A DNA stretch of 64,000 nt from Zootoca vivipara (taxonomy: Eukaryota): contig NC_083278.1 of NCBI RefSeq assembly GCF_963506605.1, forward strand, positions 33,108,001 through 33,172,000, given 5' to 3'. Under the pieces are notes generated by a model. That model was not told where the DNA came from, did no database searches, and saw only the letters and a program-made list of their open reading frames with translations. The translations under genes were made by a program, and so were the position numbers. Shown piece after piece: positions 51,251-64,000 of the stretch (the first letter of the stretch is position 1; each line of letters begins with the position of its first letter).

Positions 51251-52160
51251 AAACTAAAGGAACCAGCTACCATTTACATGATCAGTGATTTGCTTATCTC
51301 AGTATCTGTTCTCCCTGGCTAACAAGACATTAGATGGAATATCTCTATCCACCTTTAACTGTTTGCTAAATATGAGATAATCACAATGGATGCTGTATTG
51401 TTACTTAGAGAGAAAAAACCTGCTTCCCTTTGCAGTGTTTAGCTCTTTGAACAGACAGCTCAAAGGATTTGTTGGATATTTGACAGTCATTGCAACATGG
51501 ATTCCAGGAAGGGTGTTTAGCCATGCACCCCTGAGGTGCCCTTCGACATGCGGTTACAGCAGTGATGTCCAAACTTTTTTCAAAGAAGGCCAGATTTGAC
51601 GAACAGCATTCCAAATTAATGAATAGCATAATAGCCCTATTCAAGTAAAGCATCATGTGATGAAGGAATATGGTCAGGAGTGCATTAGCTGGAACCACCA
51701 CGCCTTGGCCAATCACCATCTGTGTGTGTGTGATCTGCATGGAGACAGTGGCTCAAAAAAAAGGTCTGCCAAGTGGTCCTATGTAGAGGAGACACATGTA
51801 CTGTAGGTTGTTCTCAGTTCTCAGCCCTGCTGGGCGCCGGAAATGGCCTGGACTCACTCCCAAAGCACTTAATGTGAAGCAATCAAGGATGAGTCGGAGG
51901 AGCCTTAAATCTAACAGCAACAGATGGAAGGGATCCAGTGAAATGAATGAGGAACAGACAATAGAAGTGGGGAACAGGGCATAGAAATTACGAACTAGTT
52001 TACTAAAGTACTATGATGAAAATGGAGAAATGTTATAATGTTAGTATTTATAAAAATATATCTAATTATCCAGTGTCTTAAGATCTTAATCCAATTAGAT
52101 CTTAAAGGGTATATATTTTATTCAGAACTATTGATGAATAAAAATACCTAGTGATGATGA

Positions 52161-52162
<2 letters not shown>

Positions 52163-52228
<66 letters not shown>
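52163..52228. repeat. (AT)n microsatellite
   Basis: Directly visible. Confidence 0.95.
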
Positions 52229-52230
<2 letters not shown>

Positions 52231-52852
52231 CTACCCTGCCTTTTTCCCTGATGGGACTCAAGAATATCTCACTAACCCTTAAGGCCATCAGCTGGCAATC
52301 CATTCAATGTATGGTCAAATCTTCTTTACAACAGAACTTATTAGGATTTTGCATAATACAGAGAAAACAAGTCCTCGGAAGAAAATAATTGACTTTCCCA
52401 CCCTCCAGTGTTTGCATAGTAATTTTTTAAATACAATCTGATTTTGAAGAACCCATGGTAAGCTCTTTATAAGCAGGTTCTTCCTGCAGCCCATAATTGG
52501 GCTCAGTGCAGAATAATATTCCTTACTGTCAGAGCACTTGTAAGAAAATGCAGGTGTAGCAGGAACACCAGGAATCAAGAGCACTGAAAACTTTCTGCAA
52601 GTAATTTAACATTCACAGTACTCCCTGCAAAACATTCCTGTTTACCCAGGCCTTTGGCCATTTAATAATCTATGTCCTGTTAAAGCGCAGTGGGTGGGTG
52701 GGTGGGCTGGCTCTTATTATGATTATTTTAATATTATGCTGTCTATCATTACGCTTTTTATTATGTTGTTTTATTATTGTGCCCTGTAAAATGTGTTCCT
52801 AATGTTGTGCACTGCCCTGGGATCTTTTGATAAATGGTGGTTTATAAATTGA

Positions 52853-52895
<43 letters not shown>
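52853..52895. repeat. (AAT)n microsatellite, probably an L2 tail
   Basis: Follows TGTGCACTGCCCTGGGATCTTTTGATAAATGGTGGTTTATAAAT. Confidence 0.85.
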
Positions 52896-52960
52896 GTGAC
52901 AGAAGTTCTTTCTACTCCTGTTTCCATTTGTCTGCTATCCTTGATTTGTTTAGTTCAGAT

Positions 52961-53098
52961 CAGTGTTTCCCAACCAGTGTGCCTCCAGATGTTTTGGGAC
53001 TACAACTCCCATCATCCCTAGCTAGCAAGACCAGTGGTCAGGAATGATGGGAGTTGTAGTCCCAAAACATCTGGAGGCACACTGGTTGGGAAACACTG
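52961..53098. mobile_element. Young palindromic hAT MITE (138 bp)
   Basis: ~55-bp near-perfect arms CAGTGTTTCCCAACCAGTGTGCCTCCAGATG...; perfect 8-bp TSD GTTCAGAT (52953-52960 / 53099-53106). Confidence 0.95.
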
Positions 53099-53171
53099 GT
53101 TCAGATGAAACACCAAGCCATGGTTTAGTGTTACATGAATGAACTCCTTACACATGCCCTCTCCTTCTCTC

Positions 53172-53830
53172 CACAGCCCTATATAGAATGGGTTGCAATA
53201 ATCCACTAGTGTGTGGAGTACAGTGGCCAAATCATCTCTATCCAAAGGTGGCAGTTGCTGGCAAAACAGTCATAGCTAGAAATAGGCACTCCTAGCCACT
53301 GAAACCACCTGAGCCTTCAGCTACAGTGCTGGATCCAGAAGTCAGCAGTGGAATAAAGGGGGTACAGGGGGTGTGGTCCGCCCTGGGTGTCTTCACTGAG
53401 GGTGTGTGTAACAAAATGAGTTTTTTAAAAAATTGGGCTCATGAAACTTTTTAGGAGTGGCATGGTGGCTTAGGCACCTGCAGGACAAGCACCTGCCTAC
53501 TGCCTCTCCCTCAGCCACCCTACAGCTGAGGGGGAGGCAGCGGAAAGGCTCCAAGTGTTGAAGAGGCTTGCCCCACCCCCATGGGTGGATCGCCCTGCCC
53601 CCATGGACAGGTCACCCCGCCCCCGGCTGCAGGACATGTCCCCTGCTGCTAGGAGTACCTTCAACAGGTGACCTGTCCCTTTCATGAGATTATGGCCCTC
53701 CCAATAACATCTCTCAGTACTGAGAACTCAGAACGCATAATAACCTTTGTCTTCTTGGGATTCAGCTTCAGCTTATTGGCCCACATACATCTTATCGTCA
53801 CACCCAGGCACTGGCCTGGCACCACAGTGA
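53172..53830 (-). mobile_element. L2 RT fragments interrupted by unrelated DNA (~53345-53690)
   Basis: Minus strand reads MWANKLKLNPKKTKV and DRDDLATVLHTLVDYCNPFYIGL, both L2 RT motifs. Confidence 0.7.
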
Positions 53831-55213
53831 TCTGAAAATGCCCTATGAGAGAAATGCCCCATAAGACAAAACATCTCATGTCTTCCCCTGAACTTGAACT
53901 GAAACCAAAGTTGAAATCTATAATTTACAAATGCAATGGAGAATGGTTTAAAAAACCGAACAAACCAGGAGGGTGTTTTTTGTTTTTTGTTTGCACAAGT
54001 GTCGGAGTCCCTGTAAAACTGTGTGGAGCTGTCTCATTTTGTCCAAGGATGTAAGGCATATTCTGTCAGTGTTTTAGCCCCTCAATTAATGCATTTGTAG
54101 CTGGATTCCCATTCCACCTAGTCCCAGTTGCTGGTTGTTAGTTCATTATCTTCAAGACAGGTATAAACAGTTGAAAAATGGGTGATAAACAAAACCATTA
54201 GGCCAATTTTGCCATTTACTTTGAGGCTTCTGTGACAGATGCTGCAAAGCAAACTTCATTAAACAGCTGTTTGCTTCATTTCAACCTGTTATGCGTACAG
54301 CAGTGATTCATCTTAGTGTGAGCATGATGAGGGTGAACAATTTGGGAGGGTTGAGTGGGTGGGTGGGGGAACAAAGCGCCAATCTAAAAAGGAACAGCCA
54401 GCAACATTGGTTTAATTGTGTAGGGAATGTGGTGAACATATCTTCCATGCCATTTAAGTCTGAGGTGGAGGAACACTCTTTTCCCTACACGCATCCTTTG
54501 CATTTGTCAGTTCATTTCTTTAATATGCTTTCTTCCTTTAGCATACAAAATTGGTTGCACACCCAGGCATGCACACTCACTAACCATCCTGGTTAACTTG
54601 CCTTTGTCTCAGCTGGGAAAGGGGAGTAGGCTGGTGCCACGTTAATGTTTGATAATAGGGGGGAAAGCATATGCACTCCTCTGAGTCTGAATTTTAGACC
54701 AATTGGCACAAACATCCCATGAACCTCAGGGGAGACTTTGGCAGGGGAAATCACACCATTCAATACTGTTCTGCAAGTAATCCTTCCTTGGCTTGAAAGT
54801 CTTACTTCATTCATAATTAAAATGGAGATATATTAGAAACATGTTTGCACCTGCGTGGTCAACATTCATCAGACCAGGCACCCAAAGCTAGTAGCATATG
54901 CTGAGAAGTTGATTACTTTAGTCTATCGCTATTGAATGAATCTATCCTTGATTGCAGGAATTGATCTGAACCTTCAAATGGGAATGCATTTACAAAGCAA
55001 GACCTGGGCTCCTGGCCAATCAATTTGTCTAGGAATGTCATTACGGTGTAAGTTTGGCTGAAGTGTGGGAAGGAGTGGTTGATCAATGCCACCTCTCACA
55101 CCTGCTTGAGTCCTGTACTAGGAGTTTCAGTACATTCCTGCCCCTTCACCCCAGGAACGCAGTGGGGACAAGTGCCAGGAGCAGAGGCGGAGAATGAGGG
55201 CTCCAAAGTTCCT

Positions 55214-56448
55214 TTTTTTTAAAAAAAAATATTTTTTATTAATTTTCCAATTAAAACCAATTATATCACATTCAATATTTCAAATTATACACATATATAT
55301 ATCAATCAAACCGAATGTTATGCCAAATCATCTAAAGAATTTTTTATTTGGGTTCCCATGCTTCAAGAAATTGGGAATTCCTCGCAACTGTCCACTGCCA
55401 TCTTTTTTCTAAAGTTCAAATCGTCCTCCAAGTTCATAATAATCCAGATCTTCCCCTTACAGTCACATAGATGTTTTCCACTTTCATCCGATTGTTTCCC
55501 AGCTGCTGAGATAAATATCAAACAAAGTTTCACAGATGTTCTTTCTCCTGTGTGAGTTAATCAGTCCAGCCTCCCCATAAATCTTCTTAATGGAGCTCCC
55601 TGTTGCGTCGAAGCAGCACGAAGCAGCGCCATCTTAAAAAGCTCAAATCACTTTCGTTTTCTCTCATAGCCATGAAGATTTACGATCATTATAGAATTTA
55701 CAGCTTTTCCAGGCAGGAAACCCAAACATCAAAACCATAAACTCTTGGTAAATTAATGGATCTCCTTGCCCTATAGCTGAACTTAGCTTCAGGTCGCTGC
55801 TCCAATTTAAAGTGTGTCACAGCTCATAAATCCTCCGAACGCGTCCAGAACTCCTTCCATCCGACTAGGGGGGGGGGGCTTTTCTCATCGGCAACTCCAC
55901 ATCTTTAAAAAATATGCTCGGTAACAACAGTTATAAAGTTCAACTCACACAGTCTTTTGCTTCTCTTTCACTCCAAACAAGCCAGGACATCGCGTCCGGG
56001 AAGGTACGAGGCAACAATATGAAGAAAAAAAAATAAAAACTCACTTCCCTTATCGCTCCGTCCCCATCAATCCTTCTTCCAGATGCTGTACAATCTTTGA
56101 CTCCTCTCCCTCAGCAGCATAAATTTCTCAGCAGTAAACAGCGCTTCTTCCCCTCCTTCTGAAGTATGTCCATAGATTTAAGCCTAATTATCTTCTTTAA
56201 CCATGGAAATCCCCGCCATGCAGATTAGCGTCCGGGAGTCCTGGCCCTCGTAAGTGCTCAGCCCAAGCTCCCCCCACTCCAAAAACAGTCGGAGTGGGTC
56301 TGGGGGCATCGCGGGCCAGCGGCCCCTCTCCGTAACCCCCGGAGAGGGTAGGGGGTTGCCATTTACTCCCCTAGCAACCGCCAAATTCCTTACGAAGGTC
56401 AGAGAGATGGAAAACAGGTCCGCCATTCCTGCAGGCGGAAACCGGAAC
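55214..56448 (-). mobile_element. Full-length non-autonomous L1-type retroelement (1.24 kb, no long ORF)
   Basis: 13-bp TSD CTCCAAAGTTCCT (55201-55213 / 56449-56461); CpG-rich 5' end GTTCCGGTTTCCGCCTGCAGGAATGGCGG; AATAAA and A-rich tail at the 3' end. Confidence 0.8.
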
Positions 56449-56547
56449 CTCCAAAGTTCCTATGTTGGTGAAAATCTAGACATGCGCCACTTCTGGATTC
56501 TGACTCAGACTGAGAAGCGTGGACTTTTGTTGCTTTGAGTACATACC

Positions 56548-57264
56548 GTAGGAGCCGTGAGGAGAGAAATATTTGCTTCTCTTGTAAATAAAGCCTTCTC
56601 TTGTAAAATAAAGCCTTCTAAAATCCATCCAAGGCAGTTGTGCGTTGTTACTAGTGAGAAAGCATCCTGAATGTCCCTACACACACACACACATGAGAGA
56701 GAGGGGGGAAACTTGTAGTTGACTAATGAGCCTTTATGGGTAGTCTCACCCATGCTCCGTATTCTTCCTAAATCTACTTGACTGCAAGGAAGAGAGCTGA
56801 CATTAGCTTGTCCCTCTTGCCTTTAAGATACCCCAGCTCTGAACTTCCCTGTGTTCAGAATATGGTGTTAAAATACAGGTGGCGGCAGCATTATACACGC
56901 ATAAAATTAGCAAGGAGCACCTGCCCCATTTGCAAATGGGGCAGAAACTTTAGAACCTGTTCACAACATCATCTCAGTAATATTTGGCAAAAAAAATAAT
57001 AACGGTTAATTCAGTTGCCTATAGTTATGTGCAAGTAGAGCTGTCATGTAACAAAGCAGGTAACAGGCAGTGAGGACTTGGGTGTGTGGTTAAAATGTTG
57101 TTAGCCTTTTAAAAAATATTTGGCCTTCAACAAAATGCTTGAGAGGTTTTACTCATGGAAGAACAACCACAATGGCATCAAATTTCCCTTCAGGCAGAAT
57201 TTGGGTGGAGACACACTATACAGCCAGTAGGAGCCGCGAGGAGAGAAATATTTGCTCCTCTTGT
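56548..57264. repeat. 38-bp dispersed direct repeat (56548-56585 / 57227-57264)
   Basis: GTAGGAGCCG(T/C)GAGGAGAGAAATATTTGCT(T/C)CTCTTGT. Confidence 0.9.
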
Positions 57265-58102
57265 GTACTTTGGAGCTGAATTGATTAAAGTATTTCAGAT
57301 ATTAGCTGTTCATTTCAATGAATCTCATGTAAGGGAAAAAAAGGGGGGTAGTTGAGAGGCTTTGCTGTGATCCATGGCTGGCAGACTCTGTTCGCAGAAC
57401 CACAATCAAAACCAATCTCACTAAGATACCCAATTAATAAACATAATGAGCAGACCCACAAATGATTTAACAAATTAGTCTACGCAAATTGAAGAAATGA
57501 GAAATGAAATATAGGAAAGGGAATAGATTTCAGTTTTTCCATTTCAAGCTTTCCAGCTTCCTGCTCATTTATATGCCCTCTCAGGACTTCTTGATATTGT
57601 GGTATTTTTAAAAATGTTTTATTTCTTGTTTTTGTAAACTGTCCTGGAAGCTTTGCCGAAGGGCATTATATTATAGTAATATAATAGATGCTTTCTGTAA
57701 GTTTCTAGGTTCATTCTGAGCCTACAAAAATAACTTGATGATGAATATATTTGTATATATAATCTCTCTCCTTGGATTTGCATTTGAGAGTGTTGTGGGG
57801 TATTGTGGGGTATTTAATCCACATCCCTTCCTGATATTTTGATCTTCCTTCAATTGCTATGGATTCCTTGCTGTTAAATATGAGCTCCATCCAAAGTTGT
57901 TCCAGGGAGGACAGGACAGATGTTCTATTTGACACCGGAGAGTGAGATCCCATTGGAGTGGCCATCTGCATTTGTTTCAAATGAAACATACGGGATGATG
58001 GCCATTCCTTTCATTCATTATTCACCACAAAACCAATGCAATAGAAACAGATTTTTCAAATGGGCACTGTTATGGTGATGAGGGATTCACAAGACCAGCT
58101 CC

Positions 58103-58722
58103 TTTATTTATTTTTTTATTATTTTTATTTATTTTTTATTAATTTTACATAAAAGTTGTACATAACAAACATAACATTTTCAACATTAAAAAAGGGTTCT
58201 TTCGAACTTCAGACTTTCTTCCTTCCCTCCATGGGTTCCACTTCTAAATTTTATTCCCGTATCTTTTACTGTAATCTATCTATTATATATTCATAGTATC
58301 CAAAATTCATTTTATTTCACAAGTGTCACTGTATTCCTGCCAATGATTTCAGCTGTTTCCAGTGGTCTCTCATATATATTAGAAAGCTATTCCAGTCTTT
58401 TAAGAATACTTGGTCTTCCTGGTTTCTGATCTTTCCCATCAGTCTTGCCATTTCTGCATATTCCATCAGCTTGGTCTGCCAGTCTTCTCTGGTCAGTACT
58501 TATTCTTCTTTCCATTTCTGGGCAAAAAGCATCATTGCTGCTGTTGTTGCATACATAAACAGTCTTTTATTTTATATTGGTAGTTCCGCATCTATAATAC
58601 CTAACAAAAAGAGCTTAAACATTTTTTTTCAGCTCATTATATATCATTTCCCAGAAAGCTTTTACCACCCCACATGACCACCACATATGATAAAAAGTAC
58701 CCTCTTTCCTTTTACATTTTCA
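58103..58722 (-). mobile_element. 5'-truncated L1-clade LINE (ORF2 C-terminus, 3' UTR, A-rich tail)
   Basis: Minus strand reads GTFYHMWWSCG..KAFWEMIYNELKK...LFMYATTAAMMLFAQKWKE...WQTKLMEYAEMARL; tail at 58103-58145; same family as 26936-28192. Confidence 0.85.
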
Positions 58723-60204
58723 CACAAGACCTTGGGGCTATGGAGGCTGGGAGTGGAGAAAGGACCCCCTCCGAGACATAACTAACTCAAGCACCTAAAA
58801 TTGTGGGGCTGGCAGTGGGGAGTTAATGTGTTGGAAGGGCCTCCCTCATCATCTAAAGTCACTGCAGTCCAGGTAGGATGGACTCAACCGTCCAGCAGAT
58901 CAACATTAGAGTGGGAGCTAGACTCCCATCTCAGCCATACCGTAGTTTCTGCACAGCAAAGAGTACTGGATATCTCCTTGTTTGGACATGTAAACAAAGT
59001 CATGGCCCTAGTTAGCCAACCATCTTGGTCTTGCGTCTTTCTTCGGAATATGGATGCACTTGCCATTAACAGATAGAATCAAACACATGAGCAACATTGA
59101 CTTCTTCCACCCCAAGTTCCTGCCCAGTCAGTCTGGCTCCAGATTGCTCTCTGCCTTTGCAGAGAGGCCAGCAGTCTAATGCACCACAGATCAGAAGTAT
59201 TAACACAAACATAGTCTATGTGCACCATAATAACAGGATTTCTCATTTATCCCCACATGGTTGGCAGCGGTAATTGGCATGAATGGAAATTGCTTCTGCT
59301 TTAAATGTCAGTTGAAGGGGGGACAGTTAAGAAGCAAAGAGTAATCCTTTACAGTGTTACCAGCATGCAGGCTACAAGCACATATCTGATACGGGGGTGG
59401 CGGGGGGAGTTCATTTTTAATTAGTGTCTCATGAAAGCAATTAGAATTTCCTGTCGTGAGAGAAATATATAAAGCTTTCTTTCATTGTTTACTTCCACTA
59501 TGAGTGTGTGGTTTTGTTTGTTTTGGGTTTGGGGTTTTTTTTTTTAGCACCACATTATTGTTCAGAACAATTGGTGCACCATGAAATTCTTTAAGAATTA
59601 AGTCAATTTCAATTTTAAAAACATTTTAATACAATAAAATACTGCAAATACCAAAATAAATTCAAATTGCAGCCAACCGATACGAATGCATTGGCGTGGA
59701 ATGCATTGATCACCAGGGCTGTGTACTGGATTTGGCCAGGCTTGCGCCCCAGGGAGGTCACTTTGATGCTGCTAACACAGCGGTTTGACTTCACCCCTGG
59801 AGCCGCACTCCATTGTCTCTTGAGACAGACAGATGGAGACAAATAATTGCAAGTAGTGATGCCCAGAATGTCCACAATGATGGGTATTCATTTATCAGAC
59901 TAACCATAGCGCTTTAAGATAAGAGTCATTTCCCCTCCTAAATCTTCACTTTCTCCTCAGTATTATTCTCTATATTGAGCCTGGGGAAAGCTTTTCCAGC
60001 CCAAGGACACATTTGCTTCTGGGAGTCACATGCCACAGTGGGCAGGGCCAGAGGCAAATACACATGCAGTAATACATGTAAACTTTACCTCTGTACTCTC
60101 TATCCTCCATGTAGGTATTTCCAGAGCTCAAGGACACATTCCAAGTATACTCAAGGAGGGTGCAGAACATGAATGGGGCAAGGTGTTGTCTTTATAGGTA
60201 GGGT

Positions 60205-60676
60205 ATCACCTTGCCAACAAATGTCCGTATAGCTAAAGCTATGGCTTTCCCAGTAGTGATGTATGGAATTGAGAGCTGGACCATAAAGAAGGCTGATCGC
60301 TGAAGAATGGATGCTTTTGAATTATGGTGCTGGAGGAGACTCTTGAGAGTCCCATGGACTGCAAGAAGATCAAACCTATCCATTCTGAAGGAAATCAGCC
60401 CTGAGTGCTCACTGGAAGGACAGGTCGTGAAGCTGAGGCTCCAATACTTTGGCCACCTCATGAGAAGAGAAGACTCCCTGGAAAAGACCCTTATGTTGGG
60501 AAAGATTGAGGGCACAAGGAGAAGGAGACGACAGAGGAAAAGATGGTTGGACTGTGTTCTCGAAGCTACCAACATGAGTCTGACCAAACTGCAGGAGGCA
60601 GTGGAAGACAGGAGTGCCTGGCGTACTCTGGTCCATGGAGTCGCAAAGAGTCGGACACGACTAAACAACTAAACAA
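60205..60676 (+). mobile_element. 5'-truncated BovB LINE
   Basis: Close match to 39180-39650; in-frame TGA at 60301 where the other copy has CGA; ends GAGTCGGACACGACTAAACAACTAAACAA. Confidence 0.92.
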
Positions 60677-63469
60677 TCTCTGGAGAGAATATATGGCCTT
60701 GGGTGAATCTTAAGGGTCATATAGAGAGGCAATAGAGGCCTAAATTCAGTCTCCGGGCCTGTTCACTCTATCTGCTTCTGCACCTTCTCGGTGTTCAAGT
60801 TTTTTTGGCCAACCTCATAGTGTTTCCATCTTCATCTTCAGGCGTCATAGTGTAACATCAATGTGATTCAGCCAATCAGATTTGGCTATGTCACAACTGA
60901 AGGTAAGTGAAGTCATATTGGAATGAGCTCAACATTTCCAGGAGAAGTCAGCTTGGGGCGCTGTAGTGGACTGACGTGATGGGGGAATAATATACACATT
61001 CAAGAGAAAGCTTCCTGAACAGGGGAAACATTTCATTGTTTTTCTCAGGTGTCACAAAGCATCTCTGAAAGAATCATTTCCAACACCTATAAGGGGAAAA
61101 AAATCAAAAGCAGGATGACTTTCATAAACAATTAAAGCGTTCACATAATCATTTCCTTTAGTGCACTGTTTGCAGCATTGCCCCTACACACACTCTCTCA
61201 CAGCCACACATGCATACACACCTCATTTAATTTTTTAGACATCTAATCAGGTATTTGTGTATACACCACCTGCCTGTGTCGCTGCTTGACACAATTACTT
61301 ATACCCACATATTTTGTCAGGAAATGACCCATAAAGGACACCAACCCCTTGAATTATCTGGATCTAATCTAAGGCGCTAGCAAACAGGAATTTCCTCTGC
61401 AGATCCCCAATGGTTATTTCATTTGACACAGGAAAACAGACTGTTGCCCATTTCAGAGGGAATGCTTTGATAGAACAAGGAGAACACTCCTGTGCTTGAA
61501 CTCAGTGATAAAGTTCACCTATCTCCTCAGTGATGAGAAGTGCACCTTCCTTCTCCCTGAGAGCATAAACTAGAGCCTGGATTGCATGTTCCTTTTAAAC
61601 TGCAGAATTCTGACTTCATGTTATCACTCCCAAAGGCTTTCATCTCTCTATTTCACAGGACAGATGTTACATTTCTCCCCCTAGTATGGCTAAGTAACAC
61701 CTGATTTATTCATTTGCCAGGATCATAAATTTAGTTTGTAAAACGCTTGTAGGCAAAAAAGCAAAGTTTGTGAAAAGTAGCCAGTGTGAAAATGGAGGCC
61801 TCACTTCTTTGATGTCAGGCAAGTCACCTATTTAATGCTCAGAGTTGACCCCTCCCCCCTGTTTTTATACACAGTTGTAAATAGTTTATTTCAGAGTTCT
61901 GCAATCCACAATCAGAACAAGCATCTCAGGTGCAAGAAAAGAAGCTTTCAAGAAAGTAGGAGGAGGAGGAAGAGGCAACAACATAATGGAAAATGTGGAT
62001 CTCCGGATTTCCATTGATGCCAAAATTTGTGTCTGCCACATATCTTCCCGTGAAATCAAGATTTATTCCTGAAATATTGCAGGCTGACTGACACACGGAA
62101 CACCTTTTTGTATGTGATTGCTTTCTTAATTCATAGTTTAACAACTGTAATGAATCACTTATACAGTGCTATAAATGGTGGTATACGATGACAAGACATT
62201 GCCAAGGAGATAACTTGTCCGTCGAATGGCTTGAAGTAAGACAGTATAAATAATGTCAAATAACATCGCACAAGACAGAGCACTTCTACAAAAGGTAGCA
62301 TCATTCAGGGTGTAGCTTTTAATGTGAGTCACGATATCAAGAGGGCCAAAAGTACTCCAAGATGGCAGACTATGAAGATGTGAATTCAGCTTCTTGTGCA
62401 TGGAGAAATCTCTACACACATCAGGGCTTTGCAGTGACAAAGAGAGAATGATTTGAGATGTGTTTTGTGAGATCTGTGCTTGAAAATGTGAACGTAACAG
62501 GGCCGGGGGCGGTTCTTTGTTTAGCTTCTGACTTGTGAGGGGAATGGGTAGGTAGGCTCTTGTTCCCAGCACATCTCTCATTTCTAAGTAGAGTGACTTA
62601 AATAGGTGACTCATTAGAACAGCCTTACCAGTACTTGGGCTGCCCACACAGGAGACATCGTTGCAATCCTGAGCACAATTTGGGCATGCCGGGCTACACA
62701 TGCACAATGCTTTCAAAACAGTAACAGATGTGGATTGGAAGCCATTGACTTAAATTCAGGCTTTGCAAGTTGAATTCTGGTCAGTAGCTAGTAATTCTAT
62801 CATCTGTTTAATCATGCCCAGATTATTTTGTAAAGAATGTATGCAAATTCAGGTTAATGCTTACCTACAGGTATGCTTGCAGGGCCTGATTTAATACAGC
62901 TTTTAAAGAAAAGTTTAAAGATCCCTTTGGGTAGAGCTGCACAGATGGACTAAAATAAAACCGCTGAACTCGTTGCCCTTAACTTGTCCTTTGATAGCTA
63001 TAAAATGAGGAGTATAATGATGTCTTGTGGAATTCAGATTTGGAAAAGTCACATTTTAGATATTTTACATGCCAAGCTACCCCCCTCCCCCATGTCATAT
63101 TTCTGCTGGTGTTATTTCTGACTAGGCTATTTTCTCATCATATCTCTATGTAAGAGAGGGAGCAAGAAGGAAGCATTCATATATATTTATATATTCCAAG
63201 CCTACCATTTCAAGAAGAACAGACATTTTATTTGCAGCTGATGGCACTTCTGCCTACTTGCAAAAATGAGCCATTTCCAAATTGGAAACCTAGGTAAGCT
63301 TCATTAGGAAAAGGACTGACTTGACAATCTCGAAGCAATTCAGCATACGGTACACGTGCTCTGAAGGCTGTGGGGGTTACAGAGAGGACATGAAAGATTC
63401 TTGGACTCACCTGCATATGAGAGTTTGCAGAAACTTTCTAGATAGGTTCAGGAAAGGTCACAGAGACAC

Positions 63470-63575
63470 AAAAACAAGTGTGGTAGTGCTTGGATCCAAC
63501 AATGCTCTCCTTCCAGGAGAAAAGCCACATCTGGTTATAGAACAGATTATTCTACACATAGGCACCAACTCCTAG
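63470..63575 (+). mobile_element. Possible CR1/L2 ORF1 esterase (SGNH) remnant
   Basis: SVVVLGS..LLPGE...IILHIGTN resembles VVIGDS / CLPGA / IHVGTND blocks. Confidence 0.3.
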
Positions 63576-64000
63576 TGGCCCAGGTTTCTTCATCTCCCCA
63601 ATAAAATATTTGTGGAGGGGTGTCCCCCAAATGTTGACAACAATCAATCATAGAGGAGGCCGATCATGGAGCTGATTGTGGTGTGGCTTCATGGCTGGCG
63701 GCTCCTCCTTCTCCTCCTGACGTGGAGGGAAAGGAGGGCTGAAGCAGCCCCTGGCTGGTGGTGGCAATAGGAGGAGGAGGAGGCCAAGTGCCGGAGAGGT
63801 GGAGCCACCAGCCATTGAAGCCATGCCGCCACAGCATTCGGCTCCATCCCCCAGTGTCCCAGCGTCGTGAGCACATCAGGCGCATGTCATCAGCCTCCCT
63901 CCAATCTTCTGCTCAAATTGGTGCTTCTGGTCCTGACCCTAAATCCAAGGAAGTTCTCTTTCCAGTTTGAGCGACAAATTGCACAAGCTCTTTTTTATTA

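Noticed and set aside
62159-62716. 185-aa minus-strand ORF and a possible 69-nt plus-strand exon (62167-62235)
   Set aside because: Non-ATG start, weak acceptor and an unrecognised peptide; compatible with chance.

Overview
This is vertebrate nuclear DNA, not prokaryotic. The repeat content (Sauria SINE, BovB/RTE, CR1, L2, L1-type, Squam3-like CORE-SINE, tRNA/CR1-tail SINEs) points to a squamate, probably a lacertid lizard (inference). I recognise no host protein-coding gene, rRNA, functional tRNA or CRISPR array; the window reads as a large intron or gene desert densely filled with transposable elements. Structures supported directly by target-site duplications (TSDs) and terminal motifs: (1) a three-layer nest of Sauria SINE < L1 3' end < GC-rich non-autonomous Helitron (26.7-28.3 kb); (2) an L2 < solo LTR < two hAT MITEs nest (37.0-38.6 kb); (3) a 1.05 kb BovB derivative with an inverted 5' UTR and a 13-bp TSD; (4) a Sauria SINE flanked by a perfect 88-bp duplication; (5) a complete, ORF-less 1.2 kb L1-type non-autonomous retroelement with a 13-bp TSD; (6) a perfect 140-bp palindrome centred on (TA)n; (7) a convergent pair of SINEs with different tRNA heads on the same CR1 tail; (8) five pogo/Tigger-like MITEs. 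One apparently unique region (35.1-36.3 kb) has a 176-207 aa ORF with splice and Kozak signals that I cannot identify. Family names come from recalled consensus motifs, not database searches.
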